The notes beneath the pieces were generated by a model. That model was not told the DNA's origin. It did no database searches and saw nothing but the letters and a program-made list of their open reading frames with translations. A DNA stretch of 64,000 nt from Picochlorum sp. SENEW3 (taxonomy: Eukaryota): assembly GCA_034226945.1 (NCBI GenBank), contig CP120454.1:310001-374000 (forward strand), written 5' to 3'. A program made the position numbers and the translations under genes. Shown in pieces: positions 36,551-48,900 of this stretch (its first letter is position 1; every line of letters starts with the position of its first letter).

Positions 36551-38855
36551 TTACATGTCACTCAATATCCCATGCACTTTAAGTCTGATTTGATGAACGA
36601 GATGAGGAGAAAATACCCATGCCTGGATGAGCGACTGCATTTTTTGCTTATCAATGCGGACACTGCTTTTATCAGTCAGTATTACTCTCTTTTCTATCAG
36701 ATCCACCAAAGATTTGATACATGCAAGGGTGTATGGACCACAGTCATTGCTGTTTCTCTGCCTAGGTGATGAGCAAGACTCAACATGGACGTCCTGAAAG
36801 TCAGGCGTCTCCCCTCTTTTCTTAAAACAGCCCGCATGGAGAAAAAATCGAACACTCTCAATATCTACACAGTCTGTGTGATTGGAGATCGAATCCAAGT
36901 GCAGGATGAAAGTGCCCTGATGGTCAAGGGGATTCCCGATGATCAGAAGGCTCCAGTGATGCGATACAAAACAATTAGGGACTAGCAATAAATCGACATC
37001 TGGAATTTTGGTCCATAAATGACTCATGCTTTGCAAATCTCCGTTCCGCTTTAGAATGGACCCGTAGAGGTATGGCTGGCAAACCCATGCATACTGGAGA
37101 CAGTTAGCATCTGCAACTAAATTCCTGTAGATATCAGCCAAGCGACCGTTCGTGTGCATGGCATAAGCCGCAATTTCTGTACAATTAAACCACAGCGTCT
37201 CATCATCCCTGAGGGCGATCAAACGGTCCGGAGAGGATGTAATCCTCCTTTGAGAAGCTTCAGCCAATCTTCGATACTCCTCAACTAACGCATGATCGTC
37301 CTCTTCCTCTAGAAGAGTATCATCACCTTGATCTGGCGTTATTGTCTCAGTGGAACTTGGATACTGATAGATACGTGTTTTTGTCTTTCGGACGACCTGG
37401 AAATTGAGCCCCATTTTCAAGAGAAGTTCATTCAGATCATCGGTGCCCTTTGAAATGCTGGCCTTAAAGCCCACAGATTCCCCACTGACGACATTTTGTT
37501 TCTTGGACGCAATGCAATGTAAAAGCTTCGTTGAAAATCTCCTGCTTCTAGTACAACCGTCCAAGAGCACTTCGCAGCGGCTGACGCTATAACTGGTAAT
37601 AGTGCCTCGCTTTCCAATGCAGTTACGTTCGCTTGCACCAACGACAACTACTCGATCACCTGTGCAAGATGGGTCAACTCTCTCCTTCACAGGCGTCACG
37701 ATCAATTTATCTAGCAAACATGGCCTCATTCTTTGCTGCTTTGAGCCCTCCCATTCGACGCTTGCCTGTTGTGTTGCCTTGTGGAGTTTTGTCACCACCC
37801 CTGTATTGAAAGTGGCTACATTGTACACTGTTGTTCCAACCTCAATCTTGCTTGGATCTTGATCCGGAACAAAACTTTCTTCAGAATCACTTTGCGCATC
37901 AGACAATTCTGGCATTATCTCTTTATGTCTGCGCTGCTTCATTCCAATATGGCCCTGCAAGCGAGGGAGCACTGCACCGCTAAAATACACTGCAGCACTA
38001 GAAATCATTTCCGGAATGCCATCCTGCTCCTCTATACTTATAACTTTTTGCCTTGATTCAGTTGGTGTATGACAAATTGCAATCAAGACTGGATTCAGCT
38101 TGCAATAATCATCTGTCATTCCCAGTAGAGGCCCACCCTCAGAGAGAGATGCAAGCTTTTGCTGCATGTGGTCCTGGATCAGGAAAAGTTGCAACTTTGC
38201 CTGCAACGGACCTAAGAGTCGTATAAACCCTTTCAAGTAACGATTTAGCTTTCATGATCACATACCTGAAGCCACACATCCTCTGGTATTTTACCATTTC
38301 CAAGGTACCTCGTGAAGAATTTCAAGAATATTAAATCGTCTCCCTCCACCCAGTACGGCGAATGCTCTATTGTCGTTGTGACATATGGCTTCTTGCTATA
38401 GAATAGAGTCTTTGGAAAATCACATATCTGCTCGTAACTATTCACACTACCCTGCATGTACAGTTAAACTTGTGTATGCGGTCTCGGAATTTCAGAAGCA
38501 ACTGTCGAGGCCGCACCATCTCACTCGCAGTCTCCACCAAAATGTTCATATATTCTGTATCGTTTCTTTTCTTTTCGAGCATCTGATCCTTCAAGCGGCA
38601 CATCTTTCGGTTGTGATAGACTTTCTCATCCGTAATTTTCAACAGACCTGGAATGTCGTCTGTATCGAGCACGTACTTCTGGAGTTCATTCCACCTATCG
38701 GATCCAATATCTTCATTCCCTAAAAGCCTCTGTGCAAATTTACTGTGGGTAAGTCCTCGCGCACGTAACTTGTCAACGACTTCGTCGCTCAAATTTTCAA
38801 AATCATGTGCGAGCTGAACTTCATAATCCGTCGGGGTCCGTGCTGAGCGTGTCAT
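36551..38855 (-). CDS. Transposon-encoded Ulp1/SENP-like (C48) cysteine protease with tandem SH3/KOW-like modules, ~724 aa
   Basis: Exons 38855-38517, 38451-38266 and 38200-36551 splice in frame via GT-AG introns. Catalytic motifs LLLVPNC..HHWSLLII, HLDSI and PRQRNSNDCGPY are present. Confidence 0.88.
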
Positions 38856-39031
38856 TTTTTCTCTGAATTTATACTTCCTCAATCATAATTCAAAATATAT
38901 AGAGTGGAAAGGATATCGGCCGGTGCCAGGACTTGGTCAGGTACCCGTCCGCAACGGGTATGCTTATAATGTCAATGATGTCCGATTCAAGACCCTTCCC
39001 GACCGTAGAAATCTCGTAAATCTTCGCCTTT

Positions 39032-39192
39032 TCGCCTCTCGCGTCACCAATATTGCACCGATGTTATCAAAAAGTATACCAAAAGATGCGTCTTGAGCTA
39101 AGGTTTCATAAAATATCCATTTCATAAAATATTACTCAGTGTGCGAGGAGTAATTTTCTTATACCTGTAGAGAACCCCAACGAAGCGGCTCC
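39032..39192 (-). repeat. Right terminal inverted repeat of MULE
   Basis: Inverted copy of 33570-33730, followed directly by TSD AAGATAAAA. Confidence 0.97.
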
Positions 39193-39575
39193 AAGATAAA
39201 ACTATAAGAACAACCAAAAAGGGCAAAATTTCGACTCGAGATACAACTCCTCCTGTGATTAACCCACTGACACAGGGAGAAGAAGAGTGTCGCAGCAACT
39301 CTAGCAGGTAAAACTGTCATAAACGACCTTGATCCAGAGCACTGTAAGAGCACACATTTCCAGCGAGGAGTATCCATTCAAAGAAAGCAGATGCATCACA
39401 TGTTCATAATTTTGAGATAGATGACCGATGTAAGAGAGTGGAATGGAAGACATTCCAATAGAATGTTCGTGAAACATACAAATGCAAGATAGAAGAGCAC
39501 TGTCATATTCTCCCAGAGCCCGGCTCTTGTGGTGTCCAACACCGGGAGGTTTGAAATATGGTGGGTAGGTGCAGA

Positions 39576-40301
39576 TCAGCCTCTTCTATTGGGATCCAAC
39601 TTGCCTTGTTTTGCTAATTTTATCACTGACGGTGGCGCTTCATAGTGCAACAATTTGTCAATCAGAGCAGCCGGATCAGAGTCTTCTAGTAAGATTGCTC
39701 TACTCGCTGGTCGAATGAATTCTTCAGACGTGGCGTGGTCCAGAAATTCTACGAATTTGTCAAAGTACCCGTTGATATTCAAAAGCCCCACTGGTTTGTA
39801 ATGCAAACCCAATTGCTGCCACGTGGATATCTCAATTGTCTCATCCAATGTACCTAGACCACCTGGAATAGCTATGAAAGCATCTGCCTCTTCAAACATC
39901 TTGGCCTTTCTGGAGTGCATATCTCTAACAACTACAGTCTTTCCAACGGTTTTGCCGCTCACCTGCATGGGCAAATCATATATATACGACCTCAATGGAT
40001 CTGATGTTGATTTTGTATCCGATTATTGTGCACCTCATACCTCACGATCCTCAAGATAGTCTGGAATCACGCCTAAAACACCGTCGTCTCCCAACCCTCG
40101 GTACACTGTTTCAGCAATAACGCCCATCAGGCCCACGTTACCGCCTCCATATACCAATCCAATATTCCTTTTGACCATCTCTTCACCTAGAAGAACTGTT
40201 TGAGCAGCATACTGTTTGTTTCTGCCGATGCTAGACCCGCAGAAAACTGCAACTTTTTTGAAATCTTTCGTGGTGGTATGCGCCATGATCACTTTCTGCA
40301 T
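39576..40301 (-). CDS. LOG: LOG family (cytokinin riboside monophosphate phosphoribohydrolase / lysine decarboxylase-like)
   Basis: VAVFCGSS, LVYGGGNVGLMG, MHSRK and PGGLGTLDE motifs. Intron at ~39963-40040. Confidence 0.93.
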
Positions 40302-41094
40302 TATTTTTTCTCAATATTTCCGTGTTGAATACAGACATAGAGGGATTGGAAGGATTATTCAATCATGCGGGATACCTACCGAACTCCTTATTGGAGAACC
40401 TCAGCCCATCAGGATTTCAAACTGCTGGCGCATGCATGCGAATGCATATGCAGGTCTTGGAGCTCGAGCGGATACCCAACAGTTCAATCTAAAACAGATT
40501 CAAAACAGGCCTCCATCGTTTGACCGTCGCTGAGGGAGAATGCGTGGGATGAAGACAATATCCGATCTCAGGCATACTTTGATGGGTACCCTTTCATCTA
40601 TCAGGGAACAGTCATCCAACCGACAATCCGAGAATTTGAAATTGGTGGCACATGCAGTGCCCTCTCTCATACGTAATTTATACGTAATCACTTTCTCAAA
40701 ATATTCAAAAACGTTTTGACGTCCGTGATTCGTTGCACATTGGTGACAGCGATACAAACCCAGCATATAGACCACCCACGTCAAATCTCATTCGATTCGA
40801 CTTGAACGCAAGTTTCACGCCACGCTCATATTTATGCATCCAAGCCTACAAGTATGTTTTTTTCATTTTTTTTGAATATTTTGTGCACATGGATGGGTGT
40901 TTTGCGATGAATGACTCGGACCTTGCGTGCTGCTACAAAGCAAGGCAACGGTTTCCCTTGCTATTGCTTTGGGTGCACGGTTTTGTGCCATGCATTGTTT
41001 TCTTCCATCGCACTAGACTAATCATAAGACTCTTATGTATCATATGTGTGCAGACATACACTAAACGATAGTTTTGTTTCGTAAAGTGAGAAGG

Positions 41095-42348
41095 ATGGCT
41101 TGCCAGGCTGAGGCAAAGGCTGCTGCCCAGGAGGCCGTTTTATCGGAGAACAAAGAAGGTAACAGCAATATTATCACTACATGTGCTGTTACAACAAGTT
41201 CAACATCTTCCACGAAAATTAGTGCTCCAGAGGTGGAGACTGCTGAGACCTGGGGACAATGCCTTGGGAACAACCAGGTTGATCATCTGCAAAAGCCTGT
41301 AGCTGGCATTAGCATGTCCAGGCATGCTATTAAGAATCGCAGAAGGCGTGCTGCACGACGTGCCAAGAACGCTGTGGATAAAATCCGCGTGAAAGAAGAT
41401 AAGGAGGAGGGAGAAACAGTGGCCACACCAAGGATTCGGGCAGTGCAGGATTTCAAGCCTGCTATTGATTTGGAGAGCATCGCAAATCAGGTATCAGTTG
41501 ATAATGGTAATAGAGATACGTTGAGCAAGCAAGTGGAGGTACATCACCCAAAATGGCTGAGGAGTACAGCTCAACTCTTTTGGGTGGAGTCAACTGAGGA
41601 GAAACAGCATGAATTCTACTACGGAGAGGAGTTAGATGCTCATGAGAAGATATATTGTGTCCTCCATTCAATTGATGACTCTTGTCTCTCCCATGATGGT
41701 TATGAACGACCAGTATATTCGGGAAATTGGCATGACTGGGAGCAGCTCTGTAGTCCATGCAAGGGTCGAGGCGAAACCCCAAAATTGTATATTCATAAAA
41801 TTCGCTTCATTGGCATGGATACAAAGTCAGCGATATTTTATCAAACGGTGGATGAACAGTTGAACTACCATACATTTACTGCTGATGGTACCCCAGTGCA
41901 TACTGCCCAGATGTTGGAATGGCACGAAAGAGAGTTTAATCGCCGATGCAAGTCATCGAGAGATTTTGAGGCATTGATTGACGAGAAAGAAGTGGAGCTT
42001 GCTGAGTCCTGTGGCATAACATATGGTCCGGATGGGAACCCGAATGCAGAGACATTATCCAACTTGGAATACGGCGGTGTAGTTTTCAGGGGGAGACCAA
42101 GAACTGTTTACAGTCATGTTATGGTACCCACCGGAAGGGACAAGGACGGAAATATCATTCAAAAGCACGAGTATACCAAGACATTGCTGGCATACAAATC
42201 ATTCTATAGAGTTATGTCAACAAGCAACAAGGAGATATACCACTTTGGAGGAGAGCAATTATTTTACCAGTCGGGTCAACCTTGTGTACAGCTGTACGGG
42301 AATCCTGAAGCAAATGTCGATACATTTCAGGAGTCTGTATATCTTTGA
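41095..42348 (+). CDS. Hypothetical protein (no family recognised)
   Basis: Uninterrupted ~417-codon frame containing an Arg-rich patch (KNRRRRAARRAK) and a globular-looking C-terminal half. Confidence 0.7.
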   Translation: MACQAEAKAAAQEAVLSENKEGNSNIITTCAVTTSSTSSTKISAPEVETAETWGQCLGNNQVDHLQKPVAGISMSRHAIKNRRRRAARRAKNAVDKIRVKEDKEEGETVATPRIRAVQDFKPAIDLESIANQVSVDNGNRDTLSKQVEVHHPKWLRSTAQLFWVESTEEKQHEFYYGEELDAHEKIYCVLHSIDDSCLSHDGYERPVYSGNWHDWEQLCSPCKGRGETPKLYIHKIRFIGMDTKSAIFYQTVDEQLNYHTFTADGTPVHTAQMLEWHEREFNRRCKSSRDFEALIDEKEVELAESCGITYGPDGNPNAETLSNLEYGGVVFRGRPRTVYSHVMVPTGRDKDGNIIQKHEYTKTLLAYKSFYRVMSTSNKEIYHFGGEQLFYQSGQPCVQLYGNPEANVDTFQESVYL

Positions 42349-42400
42349 TGCAATATGGAAGCCATCTTACAACTTTCAGTGACAGATGATCTGTATGAGA

Positions 42401-44288
42401 TCATATTTCAAGAAGTTTATCTAGTGTGTGAGATGCACCCTTATCAGACAATTTTTTCGTCCCATGTCTCAACAAATCACGTGTCGGTTTTCTTGCACTT
42501 GTTTGCAAAGATCCAAGGGGGCGGGACTGCAACGTCTCATTATTCTTAAGACTTGGAGCAGGTTTGAACAGAATGTTAGATGCTGTACTCAGGCTATGAC
42601 TTTGTATCTTTGATTTTGTTCGATTGTCTGCCTGAAGTAAGAAGAATGAACGACGCCCTCCAACCTGTTCCTGCTTAACTTCAAATTGCGATGCCAAGTC
42701 AACAAGCTGCTGCAGATATGAGTCCCATTCGTCCTCGGGATCAATATTCATCCGATCGTAGTAGTTCTTCGCTTCTTCAACCCTTCCTCGAGCGATAAAA
42801 TACAGGCAAAGGGCTCTCAGGAACTGAGAATTTTTTCCAGTCTTGTGAGCATTTTCCAACCATTCTACTACTACATGCTCCTCAACAGAGATCGATATTG
42901 GCAATCTAATCATCTGAAATAATAGTCCATATTTATAAGAATACGTACATATCTCGTTCCAAAACATGTGAGCCGCTTCCTTCCACTGTGACTCTGTAAA
43001 AATCAATGATAGCTGCTGAAGGTGTTCTCGAACTCTAATGAAACATTCTGCTATCAGGTTGTTCGCCAATAATATACGAATACATCCCAACACATCTGAT
43101 TTGTTTTGGGGATTGATAAACATCTGAGATAGAAGTGCCAGAGCTTTCTCTGAATGCCCAAGAGTTACCAGCTTATCCACAAAGGTGATGGGAAGCAATG
43201 ATCTAGTTTCAGTATCCATGTTCCACAAGCTTTCTGCCAGCTTCAATGAATCTTCATCATGAACGGCTCTATCTAAATACAATGCAATACTCCATATCCT
43301 AATCTGCGACGTTTTAGTGCGGAAGTACACATGGAGCGCATCTGCCCATCTCTCCAAATCCACAGATCCACAGTCCATTACACAGTATGTCACCAAAGAT
43401 AACAGCACCGCGACAGGTACATCCATCCTGTATGCCGATACTACAGATATAGTAGCCTCAATGACTGAGTTCCGAACATATATATCTTGCTCTGCCCCGT
43501 GATACTGTTCCAATATCTCCGAAAGCAATGATGTACTACCATTCTCTAAAGCATTCCTCCACTCCTCTGCATTGTGGTATTTACCACACCTCCAAATCTC
43601 TCCATCATCTACGGTCATTATGACACATGAAATGCATTTAAACATTATAGAATGCTTCTCTGATTCTATCTTAACGTCTTTGAAACTTTGAATCATATTC
43701 TGAGAGAGAGGATTGCTCATCTCCCGCCCAGTCTGCTGATAATGCATCGACTTCTCCATGCTCTGCCACGATAAAACATACTCTGAGACTCTACAAATAG
43801 AATCACTGAATAATATAGCCTTTCTCAAAGAAGGCTCCAGAGTATTCTCTACATCACAGCCTCGTTCAACCACATGTGTTAATGTCTCCATCTGCTCTTG
43901 ACAAAATGCCAAGCAATGCTGCATCCACTGAAAGATACATTCCACAGTTGTTGCCCCGCAATGTCGCACTAACTCATCTGAGGAAATCTGCAATCACATG
44001 AAGATGTCATTTGAAATTCATCGCGTTAAAATGAACTATCAGTCCAACCAAACTCATACTCACCTCCTGAAAAGCATCCAAGACAAGAGAGGAAATGCCA
44101 TGAGTTACAGCGACATCGAATATATCAATTATTTGGTCCAATAACCCATCGCCTGATGAAGAGGAATCAATAAGGCCGTCCTTCTTGGCCTGCTTCCAAA
44201 GCTCTGTAATAATACACTCTCCACTCCCATCATGCACGCTCAAATACTGACCCGGGGGTGTCTCAGTTATTCCCTGTAGCTGTTCCAT
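42401..44288 (-). CDS. HOS1/ELYS-like nucleoporin
   Basis: IFDVAVTHGISSLV resembles HOS1 LFDVAMNNNLISVV. QMIRLPI..EE...LYFIARGRVEEA resembles the ELYS domain. Intron at ~43988-44063. Confidence 0.7.
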
Positions 44289-44511
44289 TCTACTTTATTT
44301 TCCGTTCTTGATCAGAGATGACCCTAGAAGAGTATTGAACCGTCAAACCCATTGTCTCGAATTCTTCGATTCACACCGTCAAAGAGAGCATTTGACCGGA
44401 TGATGCCACAGGTTTCCATTGTTGATGTTGCGCACGACAGTCTCCGCACCAGCCACAAATCTATCAAGCTGTCGCGATAAGATCAAAAGCATATATTAAT
44501 CTAATATAAGG

Positions 44512-45756
44512 ATGGGGTCTGTTCCGAGTGAGGACGTCGTCAGAGCTCTAGAGCGAGAGGCTTACGCCGCTCTGCTTCGGGCTATTTATGCAAATCCTCA
44601 TGCGAATGCTGATCCACTCGTGCGTTAAATTTTTCATTTATATTTTTAATGAATAGTTCATGACTCAAATGGGTACACACATGCAGTCTATTGATGCTTT
44701 TCTGACCAAGGCAAGGGAACACTTGCGAATTACAAACCACGCGAATATATTAGAAGCTGTTAGGGCAGACTTAGAAAGAATAAGGTATGATTAGGATTTC
44801 TTCTATAAGATGCAGAGTATCGGTGTAATGGCTGAAGGTGGGTGTTGTTATGTGCAGGCAAGGCCAAAGAATAACACAGGGCACAGGAACACCTATACAG
44901 TCTGGGTACGTGGATTCCTTTTGCATCTTTTGTCATTCATTGCTTTATTATTCAATGTACGAAAATGGCCCTGTAGTCCAATAGGTGCACCGGGGGGTGC
45001 GAGAGCAAAGAGCAGAGCCTCTGGCTACAAAACTCCCTCCACTGGTGGGAAGGGAAGATCCAGAGCAATGCGATCTGCTGGAAGCGTGGATCCACAAGGT
45101 CTCGTTGGACGACGAATTTGGCGATATTATCCAGATGAGAATCCCGAGCAGCCATGGGTGGAAGGGTTTCTGACAGATTATGACACGCATTCGCAGACGT
45201 ACACAATTTTGTATGATCCAAATGACCCAGGCCTGAAAGAAACGACAGAATTTGGATTTGACCTGAATTCGACCAACCCGGTACGAAATATAAAAGACAT
45301 TATATTGCTGGAAAATTATGCGGAGCGTACGCTGATTGCTGTATTTTATGTGTGCAGAGTGAATATGTTCTAGGAGACTATGCAAACGTGGCAGAGCATG
45401 TTGGATCGCGCCGAGTTGCTACTAGACCTGCAGAGGTGAAAATATCCGGTCCAGCCAACCATGGACCATCAAAGCGGCGTAGAACATCGGTTAAGATACC
45501 AAATACAGTTCCTTTTACTCCAGTATGGTTAGATGACGCTCTCATGGGAGCATCATCTGAAGATCTACACATCATGCTCTCAATGCTGGAAAAGAAGGAA
45601 ATCGACCTTCTCGCTGCAATTGAAATGACTGAAAAATCTTTAGCAATGGGTGAGGAACTTGAAGTTCGGCTGAAACTTGAAGTCGAGTTTGAAGACCTGT
45701 GCAAGAAGGAGAATGAGATCATGCAGGAATTGAGGAGTTCGAAGGAAATTGCGTGA
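44512..45756 (+). CDS. EMSY-like protein (ENT + Tudor/Agenet-like)
   Basis: ENT: LEREAYAALLRA...LTKAREHLRIT. Tudor-like: LVGRRIWRYYPDE..WVEGFLTDYD...ILYD. C-terminal coiled coil. About 5 exons. Confidence 0.82.
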
Positions 45757-45923
45757 TATGTTACAGGTGTATACCTCGGTCAGCCACTCGCGTTGACAGG
45801 GCCATGTTAACGGATACACAGGCGGCCAAGATATGCCATACTTTCGATGAAAGAATTGGCATGTGCTTTAGATTTGTATATTAATTTACAAATACACATT
45901 GTAATACCTTTAGAGGGATAAAT

Positions 45924-48900
45924 ATGATTCAGAGTACAATGTGCCGCACGGGCACTCCAGTCGCCGCTTTGCGTGACAGTCGTCCTCGTGCAATGGCTCG
46001 TATGTCCCCAATTCGTCGTGCATTGAATCAGAAACCGCTCCAGACTGTTTTTTTGAAAGGAACGCAAAAACCTCGTACAGCCATCGCAAGAAATGCGTCA
46101 GGAAAGCCGGTCTGTTCGGCCGAAGGAGCGTTCCAGGTACGTCGATAAGCTATGACTGATACGTGCAGTAACTTTGGTTACGAATGGCAGACTGATGGGA
46201 ATTATTGTCTTGCAGAATCCATTCAGGTATCCTCGTCAAATGGACGGCTTGCAGAGCGTCTTATCTCAAGTCCCTACTATTGGAGTATATGTTGTCGGTG
46301 CAGCAGCTGTTGCTGCTTTTGGATTAACAGGATCAGTTGGGGCTGGTACTATTGCTCCAGGTGCGACTTCATGCCTATGGCTTCGGATAGGGCTGTGTGT
46401 GCATTGATCCATGTGTTTTCTTTTCCTCTACATGCAGAGTCCATGAAGACTCTCGGCAAGACTGTGGGTGGTCTCGTTGGAGCTGCTCTGGGAGGATATG
46501 TTGCAATGCAATTGAAGGAAAGAAGAGAATCTGCAGCGATTATTGAGTTGTCCAACGTCCTGGTGGAGATGAACAATCCAGCTTTGTTGACCAGGGAAAT
46601 GGTAGCCACTGTAGAAGCAAAGTATGGCATAGAGCTGTGTGTCTCTTGTCTCGAGGAAATGAAATCGTTGTATGGAACATTTATTGAGGCTGTTATCCCA
46701 CCAGGCGCTGCAAATTTGAGCGGAAACGAGCATCTGCTGATTCAGAATTTCAAGCAGGCTCTGGGATTGACCGATGAAGACGCAGCTCCAGTACACATTG
46801 ATGTTGGACGACGGGTGCTTCGCGGGCGTTTGGAGGCTGGGTCTCGTGGTGAAGATTTTGAAGCCAGAAAAACGTTCCAAAAGTTGATTTATGTCTCATC
46901 CCTTGTTTTTGGAGAGAGGAAGGCAGCTTTCCTGCTTCCATGGACACGTGTCTTTGGGTTGACTGATGCACAGGTCCAGGTTGCCCGCAGAGACAATGCA
47001 AAGAAGTTGTTCGAGAACCAATTGAACACAATTGGCCTCAAAAGTGATGCAGCCTTGTTGAGGAGCCTCAGAGAATACCAAGCACAGGTGAGATTGGCTG
47101 ATGAGGAGGCTGTCGAAGTTATTGTCGGGGCAGAGCAAAAGGTTCTTGAAGGATTCTTAGATACAGCAATTGAGTGTATTAAGCGTAGAACACGTGGAAA
47201 GGACTACGGGCCGGCCATTGCCGCTTGCAAGGAAGCCATCGAATTCAATAAAAGCATGGAATCGCTCAAGGGTGCTGAGGAGATCCCATCTGGGATTGGA
47301 GCTGTTTCTTTGGCTGGAACTCCGTGGGAAGTACAGGAAGGACGTTCTAAGGATCTTCGCGAATTATTCAGGTACGCTCACCGTAGGATTTGTTTAGAAC
47401 ATGACGACCGGGTTGATGATAATCTTTTTCCTGTTGCCTTCCTCTTGAGACTTGGATCACTGTCACTGATCCAAGCGGTGATCATCCACACGAGATTTCT
47501 GACCGGCTTTATTTCTGAGTTGTGCGACATATTGTCGTAATTATTAATCTAATCTACTTATTTGTGTTTCTCAGGGTATACCTGGAAGAGAGGCTTTCCA
47601 GGGATGGGGTATTCTCAGATACCTTGGCATCTGATGCCAAGGATCTTCGTTTCCTCCTAGGTATGGGACCAAAAGAAGCCGAATCCATTGAAAATGATGT
47701 CAAAGAGAAGACATACAAAAATCTTCTTAGAGAAGCTGTCACGTCAGGCGCATTGGATGCAGCAGCCTCCAAGGCAGAAATGCTTGGAGAGCTCGTGGAA
47801 AAGGTCCAGTGGGATGGTGAAGCTGCTCTTGCTTTGCACGAGTCTCTTTACAGACAAAAATTGTCTTCCTTCCTCGAAAAATCTCAGATCACAGACGAAG
47901 AAGATGCAGAACTCACAAGGCTCCAGAAGCTCCTGTGTGTTCCAAATGAAGTAAGAAATTCAATTCACAAAGAACTGTGTGGAGAAATATTCGGCAAGAC
48001 TGTCTCCAATGCATTGGCGGCTGGCGTTGATAGATTCAGCTTTGATGATCGCGAAGACATCAAGCGCTCTCTTCAGGCTGTCAAATTATCAAGAGAAGTT
48101 GCAAAAGAGATTGTAGATGATGTTGCTCGCAAGTATCTGCTCAAGTACATTTCAACTTCAAGATCCCAGAAAGACCGTATCTCAGCAGCTAAGGAAGTTA
48201 AAAAGATGGTATTCTTCTCCAATCTTGTCCTTGCCCCTGTCGTAGATGATCTGAAGACTGAGGAGGAAAGAAAGAAGGAGGCCGAAGCTGCTGCTCAACA
48301 GAAAGAATTTGAGGAGATTATGGCAAAGGCAAAGGCAGAAGCAGCTAAAGAAGAATCCAAGGAAGGAGAGGCTAAGGAAGAAGAGCCAAAAGGATTCTTT
48401 GACTCGTCTCCTACTATGGAAACCAAGGAGGACGAGGAAAAGGAAGAAGAGTCTTCTACACCAATGAGTTTGGAGAAGGCCGAATCTGCAGCTGCTGCTA
48501 GAGCTGATGGTGAAAAGGTTGACGAAGCTGGAACCGTCATGAAGTCACAAAAAGATATTACTCTTGCGAAAGACATGGATCTCCAAGACAGAGTTGATGT
48601 GTATCGCAACTATCTCATGTATTGCATGACAGGAGACGTGATCCAAGGACCTATGGGAGTTCAGATGGTCGCGGAAAGAGATGAGAGCGAATTTGCTCGC
48701 CTCAGTCAACTGGGTGACCTCCTTGGACTGACCCAGATGGATGTCATGAAGGTCCATCAAGATTTGGCCGAGCAAGCTTTCAAGGGGCAAGTTGAGCAAT
48801 ACATGGCTGGAGGTGTCCTTACCCCAGAGAAAGCAGAGGCCTTGGAACAGTTACGGGAGAAAATGGGACTTCCAAAAGAAACAGCTGACAAGGTCATCAA

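Larger units (their letters stand above)
33570..39192. mobile_element. Autonomous-type Mutator-like element (MULE), 5,623 bp, carrying transposase and Ulp1-like protease genes
   Basis: 161-bp TIRs starting GG and ending CC. Identical 9-bp TSD AAGATAAAA at 33561-33569 and 39193-39201. Internal DDE MULE transposase. Confidence 0.97.
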
